Source: Eledone cirrhosa (taxonomy: Eukaryota). From it: 64,000 nucleotides of DNA. The stretch spans positions 225,866,001 to 225,930,000 of the forward strand of contig OZ024741.1 of NCBI GenBank assembly GCA_964016885.1, written 5' to 3'. A program made the position numbers and the translations under genes. The notes under the pieces are model-generated. The model had not been told where the DNA came from. It made no database searches and saw nothing but the letters and a program-made list of their open reading frames with translations. Positions 13,233 to 27,419 of the stretch are shown here, piece by piece (positions within the stretch are counted from its first letter, which is position 1; every line of letters starts with the position of its first letter).

Positions 13233-15717
13233 CTGTAAATAAAGAGAGAACATTTTTACATCGATATATTTCATTGGTAAACTGGACTGTGTAATAAAGG
13301 GTTATGTAGTATTTCTGGAACGGTATAGCCTTCTGGAGAACAAGGGGGACGGATGAAGAGACAAAGATAACAATTAGAATTTCACACAACCATTCAGTGA
13401 AGATTTGTGAAACATTTTACTGGATATTTATATGATCGCATACTGCAAAGAATCATACATACGCAAACGTACCTGGAAATAACTGTCCAGATATATACAT
13501 AGAGAACAACTACATACATAGACGCTTACAGGCATATACTATATAATAGATATAATGTAATTCGTACAGGTATATGTATATATAATATGGTATGGTCCCA
13601 TAACTCCTGATAGAGTCGTAGGGGTGCCGTTTCTTGGTCATTTTAAGCCTCACGAAGCCCATGCTTCTCCAGGCCTGGGTACAACATATTTCTTCCAGAG
13701 AGAGCAAGAATCGACCCTAGTACTAGATTCGTACTTTTTTATCGACCTTGAAAGGATGAAAGGCTAAGGTGACCTCGATAGGATTTTAACTCAGAGAGCA
13801 GAGAGCCGGGACGGATACCATACAGCATTCTATCAGACGTTTAACGACTCTGCCAATATATATATATAATGGAGAGGAAGTCAGTGTATTTGAATCTTAA
13901 ATCATTTTATTACTTTGTTACTGTTATACATATATTTCAGTGGTATTTATTATATAATAGATTTGACCTCATCAGACTGCTATAGTTAAGTCTATTGTTC
14001 AACGTGTGATATGTCCCGGGTGGGTTTTAATGTTACTCCTCCAACGCTGGGACACGTATGCACGCATCTCTCCATCTCACTTATCTTTTGAAAATTATTC
14101 ATACGTGAAACCTGTAAAGTTATCATAAATAAATCTTCTTAAAGACTCCAATTGCATTTTCAACTTCTTTTTCCTACATATATATATTAATAGATACATA
14201 CATATATGTATATATACGTACACAATATACTGTTACAAGCCATTGCAATTTATAGTTTCCTAACCATTGCAGCATCTTACAGTTACGCAGCTATCATCCA
14301 TTTCAACGACAGCATCTCTACTATGAAAGGAAATATTTATTTAACTCTTGAAGTACCACGTAAACCCCATTAGCAAGACTTTCTTGAAGAACGCTATAAC
14401 CGCATCTCATTAAAAATTGAATTCTTTATTTTAATTATGAAAATCTTCGCAACGATCTGGCCAATTGTAAAGATATTATAAGCATTTAAATTAAAAAAAT
14501 CCGTTTCGCGATATTTTCTGACAAATTATTGCAAGATGTTAGTCCCAATGCGAGACGGTTGCATATTTGTGTGCATGCCCAAAGCAGCAAATTCTTTCTG
14601 CCACTTCCCGAAAGTATATTAAATTTCAGTTCATCACAGAGAAATATATTTTCATCGCGAAATTACCGAGAAATGACTTTGTATTAATAACCAGACGTAA
14701 AGTTTTATTCTTATCAAATGCCATTCAAAAACTAATGTTTTGCAGACTAATTCAAATCTGCATAGACAAGCTTTACTACATTACAATACGAACTGTATAT
14801 ATATTGCAATGAATATTGATTTCAAATATAGATGCAAACAAATTTTGGGGAAAGGCAAAATTGGAGCTGATGTCGGGTTCTGATTTAGGTACACGGCCAA
14901 CAATTTTGAGGGAGGGGAAAGTCAACTAAATCGACCTCAGTGCATTACTGGTACTTTATTTTATAGACCCCGTAAGGATGAAAGACAAGGCTAAACTCGG
15001 CAGGATTTGATCTCAGATCGTAAAGGGCAGTATCTCTATGCCATAAAGCATGTTGTGCGCCGCTCCACCGATCCTGCCAATCCACTGCCCTTTGTTGTGG
15101 TTAATATCAATATATATTGTATATCCCTGTTTTATATTATTTACAATAATTATCCCACCATTTATTCCGGGTCGGTCAAAAAGGTACAGGTATAGTAAAC
15201 TCTTTTATATATGCAAATGTACGATTGTTATGTATTTGCTTTCTTCAGGAGCAACCTTTATATTCTGTAAATAGATTGATACTAATTTAATTCAGGATTT
15301 ACGCTTTTACTGGCTGGCACTTACCTACCAATGTAATATATTCAGTAGACTCTTCAGATTGCCTTGAAATTAAGGGATAATGTTACTTTCAGTATAAATT
15401 GTGTACATCTGAGAAATATAGGGGAGAGGTACCTCTCAATGGGCTTAAGTAGTTCAAAAGTACACAAATCTAAATAATTTCCAAAAGCAAATATTTCTTT
15501 ATCGATCTCTATCAATTAAATAAAACACGGTTAATTAATGAAGTCATATTAATAAACCATAGCACTGGTTTCATGTAAACTATGTTAGAATGAATCTTAA
15601 TATGATTGGTAAATGTCATGAGATGCAGTACTGCGATACCGTTTCCGTAATGTTAAACAGATAAAAGATACTTGAATATTGTGCAAACCACAGCTTTTTA
15701 GCAGGTAATTTTCCCAT

Positions 15718-15913
15718 GCATCTACTATCCCACAGTTCTATAGATGGAAGTACGTTGCATAAAGAGTCCCGTTCACCGAACTTAACTAAACGACTAGCAT
15801 TGAATGAGGTTATCTGACCTATGAAATGGTAGTCCAATAACTTATTCACTTGGGTATTTCTCTTTTACTTTCTTTTATAAAAGTAGACCAATATCGATTT
15901 AACGATTTATTCG
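15718..15913 (+). repeat. 196-bp segment duplicated in inverted orientation at 19788-19983
   Basis: About 5 mismatches by eye against the reverse complement of 19788-19983. Confidence 0.92.
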
Positions 15914-15981
15914 GAAGGATTGATGATAGAGTTAACCTTTACGAGCTCAACGCACATCATACCGGAACTAATACTATAAGA

Positions 15982-16200
15982 CAGGTATTGCTAACATGCG
16001 GGCGGCAGGCCGCATGCAGCTCTCTACAAGCACACCTATTGTCCGCACAAAGGTTTTTACAGCGCAAGCATATTTTATTTTCGTAATATAAAATTGTTCA
16101 AAAATGTTGTAATATCCGCAATTAGTTGTCGTGTGTGGCCCTCAGACAACACATATATGACCTATGTGGCCCTCGGGGGACACTCAGTTTGACATGCCTG
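15982..16200. mobile_element. hAT-type MITE
   Basis: cagg...gacatgcctg termini; 8-bp TSD ctataaga/ctataagg. Confidence 0.85.
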
Positions 16201-16512
16201 CTATAAGGCATTTTATCCGACACTCAAATGATTCTTCCTATCCACCACCATTTTGAACATACATGAAATAAAGACATTCTTTTGTAATAATGACAGTGCA
16301 CAAAATGGCTTCTCCCAGAGAAATTCTTCCAACGATAAACAATCATAAAAGAATATTGGTATGGTAGATTTGAAAGATTGCTGCATACAAACATATACAC
16401 ATGCATACAAACACATACACATGCATACAAACGACGCACAAATACTTACATGAATATACACACATACCCTCGGTCTCGTGATTTTGTTTTTCCGTGACTT
16501 CGTTATATATGC

Positions 16513-16584
<72 letters not shown>

Positions 16585-16683
16585 GTGCGCGCGCGTGTAT
16601 ATTTGTGTGTGTATCGGGGGTAACCACAGTGAGGCACTCAATACATATATATATATGTATGTATTTATATATATATATATATA

Positions 16684-16731
<48 letters not shown>

Positions 16732-16829
16732 TCACCTTGACCGACCAGTCTGTCGGGCGGCATTCGGCACGTTGCTGTTTTAGCCATACGATGACGCCAC
16801 GCCACTGGATGGGCGGGCAGTCTAAAGTC

Positions 16830-17097
16830 TGTATTAAGCCATTTGGCCGGTGCTTATCCCGGCTTCATGGCGTGAAGCGACTGAGAGCAAAAGACACCCC
16901 CCTGGACAGGACGCCAGTCCATCGCAGGGTTAAACCTCCAGTTATTGCTGGTACTCATTTTCAGCTGAGTAAACTGGAACAACGTGAAATAAAGTGTCTT
17001 GCTCAAGGAAACAACACATCACCCGGTCCGAGAATTGAACTCACAACCTTTCGATTGCAAGCACAATGCTCTAACCACTAAGCCATGCGCCTTCACA
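16830..17097 (-). mobile_element. Second tRNA-SINE family (CORE-like centre); relatives at 47365-47620 (-), 36147-36450 (+), 41090-41420 (+), 63190-63310 (+)
   Basis: ggcgcatggcttagtggttagagc A box, gagttcaattc B box, and ttccttgagcaagacact CORE-like segment. Confidence 0.8.
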
Positions 17098-17199
17098 TGA
17101 TATATATATATATAGGTATAAATGTATATATATATACATATATAGACACTTAACTACACACATATATATGTGTGCGTGTGTGTAAGTATAATCATGTAT

Positions 17200-17731
<532 letters not shown>

Positions 17732-18177
17732 ATGTGCATGAATTTCTATAATGTTTTACATTTCATACAAAGACGTTGAAATGGAAACAGAAAACTATAT
17801 AGAAAGTCGTACATAGATACTGAAGAATTGTGAATGACTTCCGGTTTCACAATTAAATATAAAACTGTATTTAATAGATTGTTATATCGTTCGAAAAATT
17901 ATGTAAGAATCTCCTTTACGGTCTTTACCTTTACAATAATTATCGAAGCGTATTCCATAGAACGAAATTTAGTGAAAACACGTTTATTTATCATGAACCA
18001 AGCTTTTCTTGGTCTAGAAAATGTCAGATTAAGAAATTATGCCATATTTCCAGTTTTCATTTATCAAACCTGATATTGCGTGTCCATCATTTTATATCAT
18101 GCTAATACATTGCAGTCGTAATCATCCCAATTATTTCCGAGGTTTATTATTTCTAAATTGCATTATTTCATTATTCA

Positions 18178-18368
18178 AGGGCGGTGGATTGGCAGTATCG
18201 GTAGAGGGTAGGACCCCATGCTTTGACGCATAGAGTTACGGCCCTTGCTATTCTGAGTTCAAATCCCGCCGAGGTTAACTTTGCCTTTCATCCTTACGGG
18301 GTCGATAAAATAAAGTACCAGTAATGTACTGGATAATTGCTGGCCTTGTGCCAAAAGTAGAAACAATT
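18178..18368 (+). mobile_element. Full-length Nin-domain SINE
   Basis: ggcggtggattggcagtatcggtagag...gagttcaaatcccg...agtagaaacaattatt. Confidence 0.92.
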
Positions 18369-21300
18369 ATTTCATTATTCTCTCCCTTTGTTAAATATTC
18401 TAAGTTATATAAAGGAGATTTGGCTGCTTTAACCATGTCATGTGTCTATGTAGCGTCTCGTCTCTTAGCAGACAATGTTGTTGCCTTTTATATCATGCTA
18501 ATATGCTCTTTAGCTTGTTATTAACTGTTTCCACAACTTTTTTTTACATTTTCTTTCTTGGGCAATGTGTTAATACAAACAAAATACTTTATTAGTACTA
18601 TCACCCAACTTATAAAAGATTATCTAAAGATTTTCGTTCTTAGCTATGCTTTTCATAAAAGTGCAAACATTTTTAAATGAACATTGAATCCATTCACAAT
18701 GATCATCTGATGTGAGATAAGAGTAAACATGTATGCTTTCCAAAGACCATCATCGTTGGAAATTTCTCTCGTCGTGAAACTGTTATAATAGCTACTGACT
18801 GTAGATTTTTAAACATAAAGAAGTATTATTCCATTCACCTTTGTATGATAATTACTTTATTAAAAGAATTGAAGTGTCTAAACTACTACGAAAGAACTTG
18901 AAACCGGCTGAGCCAGTTACAAAGCGGAGTTTTTTTTAAGCATCATAGTCTTTCTTTTCAAACGACATAAATCCTTTTTTTATGTTTTCGAACTTCTTTA
19001 AAATGGTTAATATTCGTCCAGAACTACAATTTTGATACCTAACTTGGTCGTTTTTTTTTGGGGGGGGGGGGGACACACACACACCGAACTGACGTCCGAG
19101 ATCACAACTGATATATGACCATGTTACATTTGTGTACTACTTTCTCTAAAGGAGTAGTGAATTAAGTTATGTAAATTAGTTTTAACCCGGAACCGAAACT
19201 GGTCTGTCGATTCAGATGTAATACATTCCTTAATGTGCCCACCACCATTACTAGAAAAACACCGCATTCAGATTAGCAGGATATTTCTCTCCATTAAAGG
19301 GGCCAATTTGTGATAATTGAATGTAGATAATTCATGAAATTGCTGAAGTATCACACATTCTCCTGTGTTTTCACTAAAGTCAAAAAATCTAAATCTGAAT
19401 AGCAGAAGATTGTTCAGCCAGACATTGATCTTAAGTATTGGTGTAATCGATAACATATCCGTGATACTATGTCATTGTTGCTGTATCATTGGATATCGTC
19501 TATTGATCAGCATGGGAACAAAAGAGGGTGGGGATCGTATATTCATGGTTAACATTTCTATCAAGAACAGCAAAGAGAAATATATAGATTTTTTGCTGAT
19601 GTATGCAAACAAAAATAGTAACATTATTGAATGAGAAACATTAAAAACTTAGATTTCGGTTGAAGCGGAATGTCGGTGAAGATTATTGTGAGAGGAGAGC
19701 TGTAGTATTTGGAAACAATTAAGCTACCATTCGCCGACAAAAGATCAGCTCTGTCAATTTGATTCTTAACGATTTTGGACTCATTTACGAATAAATCGCT
19801 AAATCGATATTGGTCTCCTTTTATAAAAGAAAGTAATAGAGAAATACCCAAGTGAATAAGTTATTGGACTACCATTTCATAGGTCAGGTAACCTCATTCA
19901 ATGCTAGTCGTTTAGTTAAGTTCGGTGAACGGGACTCTTTATGCAACGTACTTCCATCTATAGAACTGTGGGATACTAGATGCCGGGTCGCTAATATATA
20001 GCACCAGTCAAGTACTGGGGTCGATATAATAGACTTTCACTCATCCATAAATTGTTGGATACGAGCTTAATTTAGAAATCATTATGTATATGTGCAATAA
20101 GTTAGAGTTTGTCTTTATACATATCACAGCTTCTGACATGCCTCTCCCACTCTTGTTTTCGTTCCCACAGTTCATCTACCTCTCAATGTGTCTTTCTCGC
20201 TCTTCATTTTCTCCTTCTCTTTGTGTGTATGGGTGTATGCATGTGGTCACAATTCAATCGCACCTATTTCATCGCTATATGAATATTTAAAAAAAATTAA
20301 CCACATGGGGATTTGAAAGAAGGACGTGAAGATAAGGCTATAACTAAATACCACCACACATTTAATTAGTCATGCATTTCCAATTTTTCCATTCCATAGT
20401 ATTGATAATGGTTTTTAATTTAGACATAAGGTAGGACATTTTCGAAGAGAGGAAAATCAAGTAAATCGACCTTAGTACTTAAAGAGTGCATTATTTTTTC
20501 AATCCCTGATGGATTTCAAACCAAAACGTGGAGAGCAGGAACTAATAAAGGTGTGTAACATAGGTGCAGAGCCAGCAAATTTAGGGGGAAACGGAAGTCG
20601 ATTAAATCGACACCAGTGAGTGACTAGTAGTTTATTTTATCGACCAAAACAAAACGTAAAGTGCCAGAATTAATAACAACAACCATTTAACGATTAACTG
20701 TAAATTAAATGTAAATTGTGTCTACTACATGTAAAGTGAGATTCACAGGAGGAGTAAAATCTAAACACATATATTAGATAGCTTTTGATATATGTTTAGC
20801 GCTAGATGATATATAATTTTCTTTTCGGGCATTGTTAGTTTACCGAAATATATCTCTCACATCAATCTCTGAATTGTATTGAACACTGATTAACATTCCT
20901 ATTCAGTGCCATTCTTGACATGGCTAAATTTATTGACTGCAAAATGTGTATAACTTAATCATTATCGCTGCTATAGAAATACAATATAAACATACACACA
21001 CACGCACGCATTTATATATGATAAACGTATAAGTAAGTATGCAGGCGCCAACATACCTCCCCGTAGTTATTGACGGTTATATATATATGTATTTCTCACT
21101 AATAACCTTACCCTAACATTTTATTTTCCTTCGTTTTTAATATTATTCTTTAATAACATCAAATTTTCGTGTACCCTTCACTGGCTTGACCTCTTTTCAT
21201 CCCCAAAGTATTCTTTTCATTCAAAGTATTCTTTCCATTCAAAACCTGTTCCCAAACAGACCTTTTATATTAAATCTTTGTTAGTTTTTTTCAATAAACA

Positions 21301-21624
21301 ATCTCATCATTTCTAAAGACAGCATGTATATCTGAAGGTATGTATATTTCCTCTGATAGTTTGTAATATTTTTACATAGATCTATATGATATACATACCA
21401 ACACACATATACATCCTAGAAACGATCGTAAAATGATGAATTCTTTTAATATAAGGAACTTGTCCTTTGTTTTTATTAATTTATCTTGACTCTGTTTTCC
21501 TATGATTTTCATCGAACATTTTTGAATGCATCTTCTCTTTTAATGATATTTGGATTACATTGAGTTCTTCATACGTATTGGACACTACCGTATATGTTGG
21601 TAGATTTATCTACATATATATATA

Positions 21625-21657
21625 TATCTCACAAAACAAATATATATAATCTTACAA

Positions 21658-21715
<58 letters not shown>

Positions 21716-22134
21716 TTGTGAGATTTTTAACTGAACACACTCACTGTTTGGTTGGTTTTCGCTTCTGTATCTTTTATATCAGTTAATTCATTCGGTCCTC
21801 AATGTTTACCATTGACTACCCAACGGTCAAAAATACACATATAATATAGATATATGAAAGACGGCGTAGATATACAATACAACAGGAGGAACATAATACC
21901 ACTACTGATGATGTTCCAGATGTGCAACGAAAGAACTTTGTTAGACTATATATATGTGTTTATATCTATATTATATCTGTATTTTTTTACCGTTGGTCAG
22001 TCAATGGTAAACATTGAGGACCGAATGAATTAACTGATATAAAAGATACAGAAGCGAAAACCAACCAAATGGTGAGTGTGTTCTGTTATTATTTCTGGCA
22101 ATATTATTACAACAATATGACCCTCCCCAAGTAT

Positions 22135-22140
<6 letters not shown>
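21625..22140. mobile_element. Fold-back Penelope-like family in (TA)n; other copies at 23430-23740 and 62100-62655
   Basis: Shared gaacacactcact.tttggttgg.tttcgcttc and ttgttatacttggggagggtcatatt; hammerhead-like CTGATGA-t-gtt...caac-GAAA at 21905, ~23700 (-) and ~62480 (-). Confidence 0.75.
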
Positions 22141-22164
<24 letters not shown>

Positions 22165-22165
<1 letters not shown>

Positions 22166-22647
22166 CAGTATTTACGTATCGAGAGAGAGAAAAAAAAGGG
22201 GAGGATAGGTGATACATATAGTTATTTGCCAACTAGCGTATGCCAAAGGTGCTCGATACTAGAGTGCCGTCAGTATTAATTATTCGAAGTGTTAATATTT
22301 AGTGGGCTAGAGAGTTAGCAGAGCGTAAGCACGTGGGAAAGTAAGAAATCGGAGACAGATAAAAAACAAAAAAAAATAAAAATAAATAAAAATAAAAATA
22401 AATAAAAATAAAAATAAAATTTGTCCGGGAAAGTCTGCCATAACACCTGCTGCAAAATCCAAACAAGCTATTTTTGCGAGCAATGAACCTTGACGTGGAT
22501 TTAACCCCCAAAACTCTTTCCGAGCAATGTAAGGAACACTTTTTATTATTTATGCCCTTGAGAAGCCCAACTGGGTGAAACGTACGTAGGTGCTGTTTTA
22601 AATAAACATGTTTTAACGGTCTATTCTCCGATTTCTTACTTTCCCAC

Positions 22648-22650
<3 letters not shown>
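22165..22650. mobile_element. Penelope-like terminus with a short inverted repeat, U3-A8 hammerhead variant and bulged hairpin
   Basis: Inverted repeat acgtgggaaagtaagaaatcggaga at 22332-22355 / 22625-22649; (TA)n on both sides. Confidence 0.7.
22552..22593 (+). ncRNA. Hammerhead variant (U3-A8 core), weak stem I
   Basis: TTGAGAA gccc-aact-gggt GAAA cgtacg TA | ggtgc; palindromic stem III ACGTACGT. Confidence 0.65.
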
Positions 22651-22736
<86 letters not shown>

Positions 22737-23390
22737 AATATATATATATATACATACATATTTTATAACTAGAGGTTGACGGGACTAGTATAAGTTTTCC
22801 CTGCTAGTACCAGCTGCATCTCAGCGTACTCAATAGGTAAGATTACGTATAACTCCCAGATTTTCTCACCTCTTTTTGTTCAAACCAGCTGTAACCAGCC
22901 ACTCATACGGATGTTAAGTTATTGGTCTCAAAATAATATCAATATCTCGTAGATTCAATATTATGTGACATAATTATGTGAAGTAAAGCCTTTACCACGA
23001 AAGTACAATAGTAAATATAGAGCGTTAAAATTGTTTACATTTTCGAAATGGAGATGTTCGGACATGCGGTTGGTAAATATTTATGCTTTTTTTTATTGTT
23101 TAATAATTCTGAGGAATTTGGTACATAGGAATAACATGGTAATTTCTTAATATATTTGAAAGAAACGTTCGAAAATCTATCAAATGTCAAATTTAATGTA
23201 AGTAAATCCTGGTTATTTTTATTCATTTTATATATGCTCTGTGATGTAAAACAACTGTGACTGGACATTTACTAATTGGATTAAACTCTGAACTGTCTTT
23301 TACTTACCTTACTGTGTACTTTAAAATCACATTTGAGCTTTGAATTATTCTTTACCTTACATAATTGTACTATCAACTCAACTAAACTAT

Positions 23391-23429
<39 letters not shown>

Positions 23430-23761
23430 CGGCGATGAATTTGTTTTGCGAGATTTTTTATATGAAATCGTATGTTGAAACAAATATTGTTATACTTGGG
23501 GAGGGTCATATTGTTATAATAATATTGCCAGAAATAATAACAGAACACACTCACTCTTTGGTTGGTTTTCGCTTCTGTATCTTTTATATCTCCACAGTTA
23601 ATTCATTTGGTCCTCAATGTTTATCATTGACTGACCAACGGTCATAAATACAGATATAATATAGGTATAAACACATATATATATAGTCTAACAAAGTTCT
23701 TTCGTTGTACACTGCAACATCATCAGTGGTACTATTATATACATATGTATATATATATATA

Positions 23762-24062
23762 TATAAAGAAAAAAAGATGAAATCGAAAATGCAACTGAAG
23801 TCTTATTTAAAAAAATATATATATATTTATTTGGTTCCTTTACCGGTTTCGCAGTTCTTCTGCTTTTCAAAAGTAGAGTTGAGATGGAGGGTCTGTGGTT
23901 TTTCTCACATCTGATGTGAGAAAAACCACAGACCCTCCATCTCAACTCTACTTTTGAAAAGCAGAAGAACTGCGAAACCGGTAAAGGAACCAAATAAATA
24001 TATATATATTTTTTTAAATAAGACTTCAGTTGCATTTTCGATTTCATCTTTTTTTCTTTATA
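23762..24062. repeat. Perfect ~149-bp-arm palindrome (Penelope-like fold-back) with a U3-A8 hammerhead in each arm
   Basis: Arms 23762-23910 and 23914-24062 with a 3-nt centre; the ORF track gives the same peptide on both strands. Confidence 0.9.
23951..23986 (+). ncRNA. Minimal hammerhead variant (U3-A8); mirror copy at 23838-23873 (-)
   Basis: ctt TTGAAAA gcag-aagaa-ctgc GAAA ccgg TA | aag, followed by AATAAA. Confidence 0.7.
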
Positions 24063-24960
24063 CTTTCACTCGTGTAGGACACCTCGGTTATTTTTCATTT
24101 TGTAAAAAAACCCTCACTTTCTAATATATATATATATATACTTTGTTGTGGTGCATCCTGTAAAAAGCGATTTATCCAGTTTTCGGCTTTCAAGCATATT
24201 ACTGGATTAACGTGAAATAACATCTATTTCTCAAGGGTACAATGCGCCGTGCCATCTGGAAATCAAACTCAAGGCCTTACAATCTTTAGCCCAAAAGCCT
24301 AATCACTGGCAACTCCTTTATAAAAACCACTGTTTCATTATATTTCTTACTTTCTTCTTACTTCTATATTAGTCAGCAGTGCTTGTCATGTTTGTAAACT
24401 TTCAATTCTCATAAATCAACAATGATATATATGTTGAGATAGACGGCGAGACGATAGTTACAAAGGTCTGTAATAAGACTAAGAGATTTAGCTTTAAGGT
24501 GGCTTCGATGCCCTTTGCATCTAGCTATACGTCAATTTATTGCTCACCATACAGAGAGATGGGGAGGGCGAGAGAGATGGAGGCGATGACAGTGGGAGTT
24601 CGGCTCTTCCACGTTCGGACCATATCCTTGTGGTTGTGTTCATTATCAATAGCGACAAGTTATTCTGATTCCCTCCATATAGAAAATTGTTGAAGGTACT
24701 CTAATATTGTTGCTGATATATTTAGGATACAAGGTGTTTTCTAACCAAGTTATACGTTATGGTAGAATAAGTGGCCAGATTAATGTTTTTAAAGAGATAT
24801 CGAACAAACGTTCAAAACCTATGGTAGGACAGGGATACAAAGATACATTTCTGGTACGTCGTTTTTGTAGGTGCCTTGGGGCTAATAGGGAGATTTTGTA
24901 AATATTTGTGGTTATTTTTAGTTTGCAGTGAGAGTCACTTTGAAATTTAACTTATTTACC

Positions 24961-25185
24961 TTAACCCTTTTGCAAGTACATTACTCTATATTTACTATTG
25001 TATTTTTGTGGTAAAGGCTTTACCTTACATAATTATCTCATATAATATGGAATCTATGAGATTTTGTTATTTATTTTGAGAAATATACCTTAACATCAGT
25101 ATGAGTGGCCAATTACAGCCAGTTTCAGTAGAAAGAGTTGAAAGAATTCTCGCCGGATACGACCGGTTTAAATGCTAAAGCGTTA
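24961..25185. mobile_element. MITE; inverted partial copy at ~22860-23030
   Basis: ttaacccttttgca...tgctaaagcgtta termini; internal similarity to the reverse complement of 22860-23030. Confidence 0.6.
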
Positions 25186-27036
25186 TGGTAGAAGCTTCGC
25201 GTATTAAAAATAAATCGAAAATTCTGAGTGGGCTGCTTTGGAAGGTGTGTGGCTTCAATTTAATTTAATTCAATCTTAATTTTATTTGCTTGAGATCTAA
25301 GTAAATTTGGTATATTTTCCTTGAAGTAATAATATTTGTAACATTAAGGAGTGTATTTTTACATTGAAACTGTATGCTCTGATGACTTACATTAGAATTT
25401 AGCTTTGTTTATGGGTAATACAATTCTATAAACTTTTATTAGTCTTTTGGTTTGACCGATACTTGACAGAACGGCACTGTTGTGCCACTGTGCTGACTTT
25501 CTAACTTTATCAGCGTTTGCCGAACTATCTAGATAGGTAATTCATGTTTTCCTTATTTTTTGCTATTCTTTTATTCTCTTTATACTTGTAGATTAGTATA
25601 TATTTTATTTGTATAATATTCATTTTATATTAATAATAATACCGAAATTTATAGCTTTTGAGTCGCCTTTTTTTATCGTATTTTTTTAATATCATATTTA
25701 TATTTTTCATCGTGGATTCATTTCATGTATTTCTTAATAAATTAGGTATTTTCTTTATTCTTATTTGTGTTTGCAGGTTATGGAGTAAGAACTAGATTTC
25801 TTGTACCCTTCATCTTGTGATTGTTTCGGTCATTTCTTTAATAGTTTAGTATTTTCTTGACCATAAATTTAGTTTTTATGTCATGTTGTGAAAACTGGGT
25901 TCCCCATTCGCAACATCATGTGATCGCAGAAGTTTTTGCATACAGAGCGCAGAGAGTCGTAACATCTATCTTCTAACGATTTTACCGAATCGACACTTTT
26001 CGTGACTAATATTGATTTCCAGTATAGGCACAAGGTCAGTAATTTGGGGGGAGGCGAAAGTCGATTAAATCGACCCCAGTGCTTTATTTTATCGACCCCG
26101 TAAGGATGAAAGGCAAAGTTAACCTCGGCGGGATTTGAACTCAGATCATAAAGGGACATAACTCTATACTGCAAAACATGGCGTTCAACCCTCTACCGAT
26201 ACTGCCAAACCACTGCCCTTCTCGTGACTAATAATGACTAGAAAAAAAACACGTATTACCACAAACATGAATCATGTAGACACGAAGAACGAATCTACTT
26301 TTTCGTTATCCTATGAAAACAATTAAATGGTGGGCTTCAATCACAAGAGCTAATATTTGAAATAGGAATTTCTGAGGATTATGAAATATGTGGAATTAGA
26401 TACGCTGAGGGTATTCACAGATTTCGAATATGACAAGCGCATTTCAGGATTTACAGCTAAGGCTTTATATGTTTGATCGGATCTTCTGAGATTTTTCTTC
26501 GAGATCCTACTAACAGAAAAAAAACAAAGGAATCGAGTTATTTTATTATGCTGTGTTTTGATATCTGTGAGTAAAGTTGTGGAGGATATACCTTTTGTTT
26601 GTAATGTTTGTAAGCATTCTAATTCTAGGATAAAGAATAAATTAGTCATGTCCGTATGTTTATATATATGTTTCTTTTAACGGGTAATTTTATCAAAACA
26701 ATGTTTTCCAGCAAAACCAGAGATTACGAAGATAAAAAGTAAAATATTCTTAATACTTAAATCAGTTTATCACAACATTACGTTGTTGATGATCTTTTAG
26801 TATTTATCTTCACTTGTATATGTCTATGAACTTCCCAGATAAGAAAAAAAATATTTTTCATTTTATCTATTGAATTTGCTATTCAAGTAAACATATTGTT
26901 TAAAACCATTACGTAAGTACTCAGTTCAAACACTGACTGACGAATTTCTTACGCAAGTTGGTGATCATCTGCTTTTTATGTACACACACACAAACACACA
27001 TACATAAACACAAACACACACACACATATATATATA

Positions 27037-27095
<59 letters not shown>

Positions 27096-27099
<4 letters not shown>

Positions 27100-27419
27100 G
27101 GATGTGACGCGGAGTTACTGTAGGTTCACCCAGGTGAGCACTCGATGTTCAGGTTCACGTCAGTATTGAGATCTAGAGCTAGACAGAGTGTATTATAATA
27201 ATACAAGGACGTTTATTGGTTGGTGACGTGCGTTTCGCTATTGATCAGCTCAAGGTTCTATCTGTTCATTCTGTCATTACTACCACAGAAGTCCGACGAG
27301 CTTTTGATTCCAGAGTCGGGCTAGATCGATACAGATCGAAACTTGAGCTGATCAGTAGCGAAACGCGCGTCACCAGCCAATAAACGTAATGAAGGAGTAA
27401 ACATTCGTCCTTGTATTAT
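27096..27419. mobile_element. Fold-back Penelope-like terminus with a CCGACGA hammerhead-like motif, truncated by a Tx1 LINE
   Basis: Inverted arms ~27200-27270 / 27330-27419; GAAACGCGCGTC then AATAAA; bulged hairpin at 27139-27190. Confidence 0.7.

Noticed and set aside
15850-16086. FNDLFGRID resembles the cyclase LNELFGRFD motif
   Set aside because: Wrong strand and position; it is created by the inversion breakpoint junction.
18178-18270. tRNA gene
   Set aside because: The A and B boxes belong to SINE heads; no complete cloverleaf.
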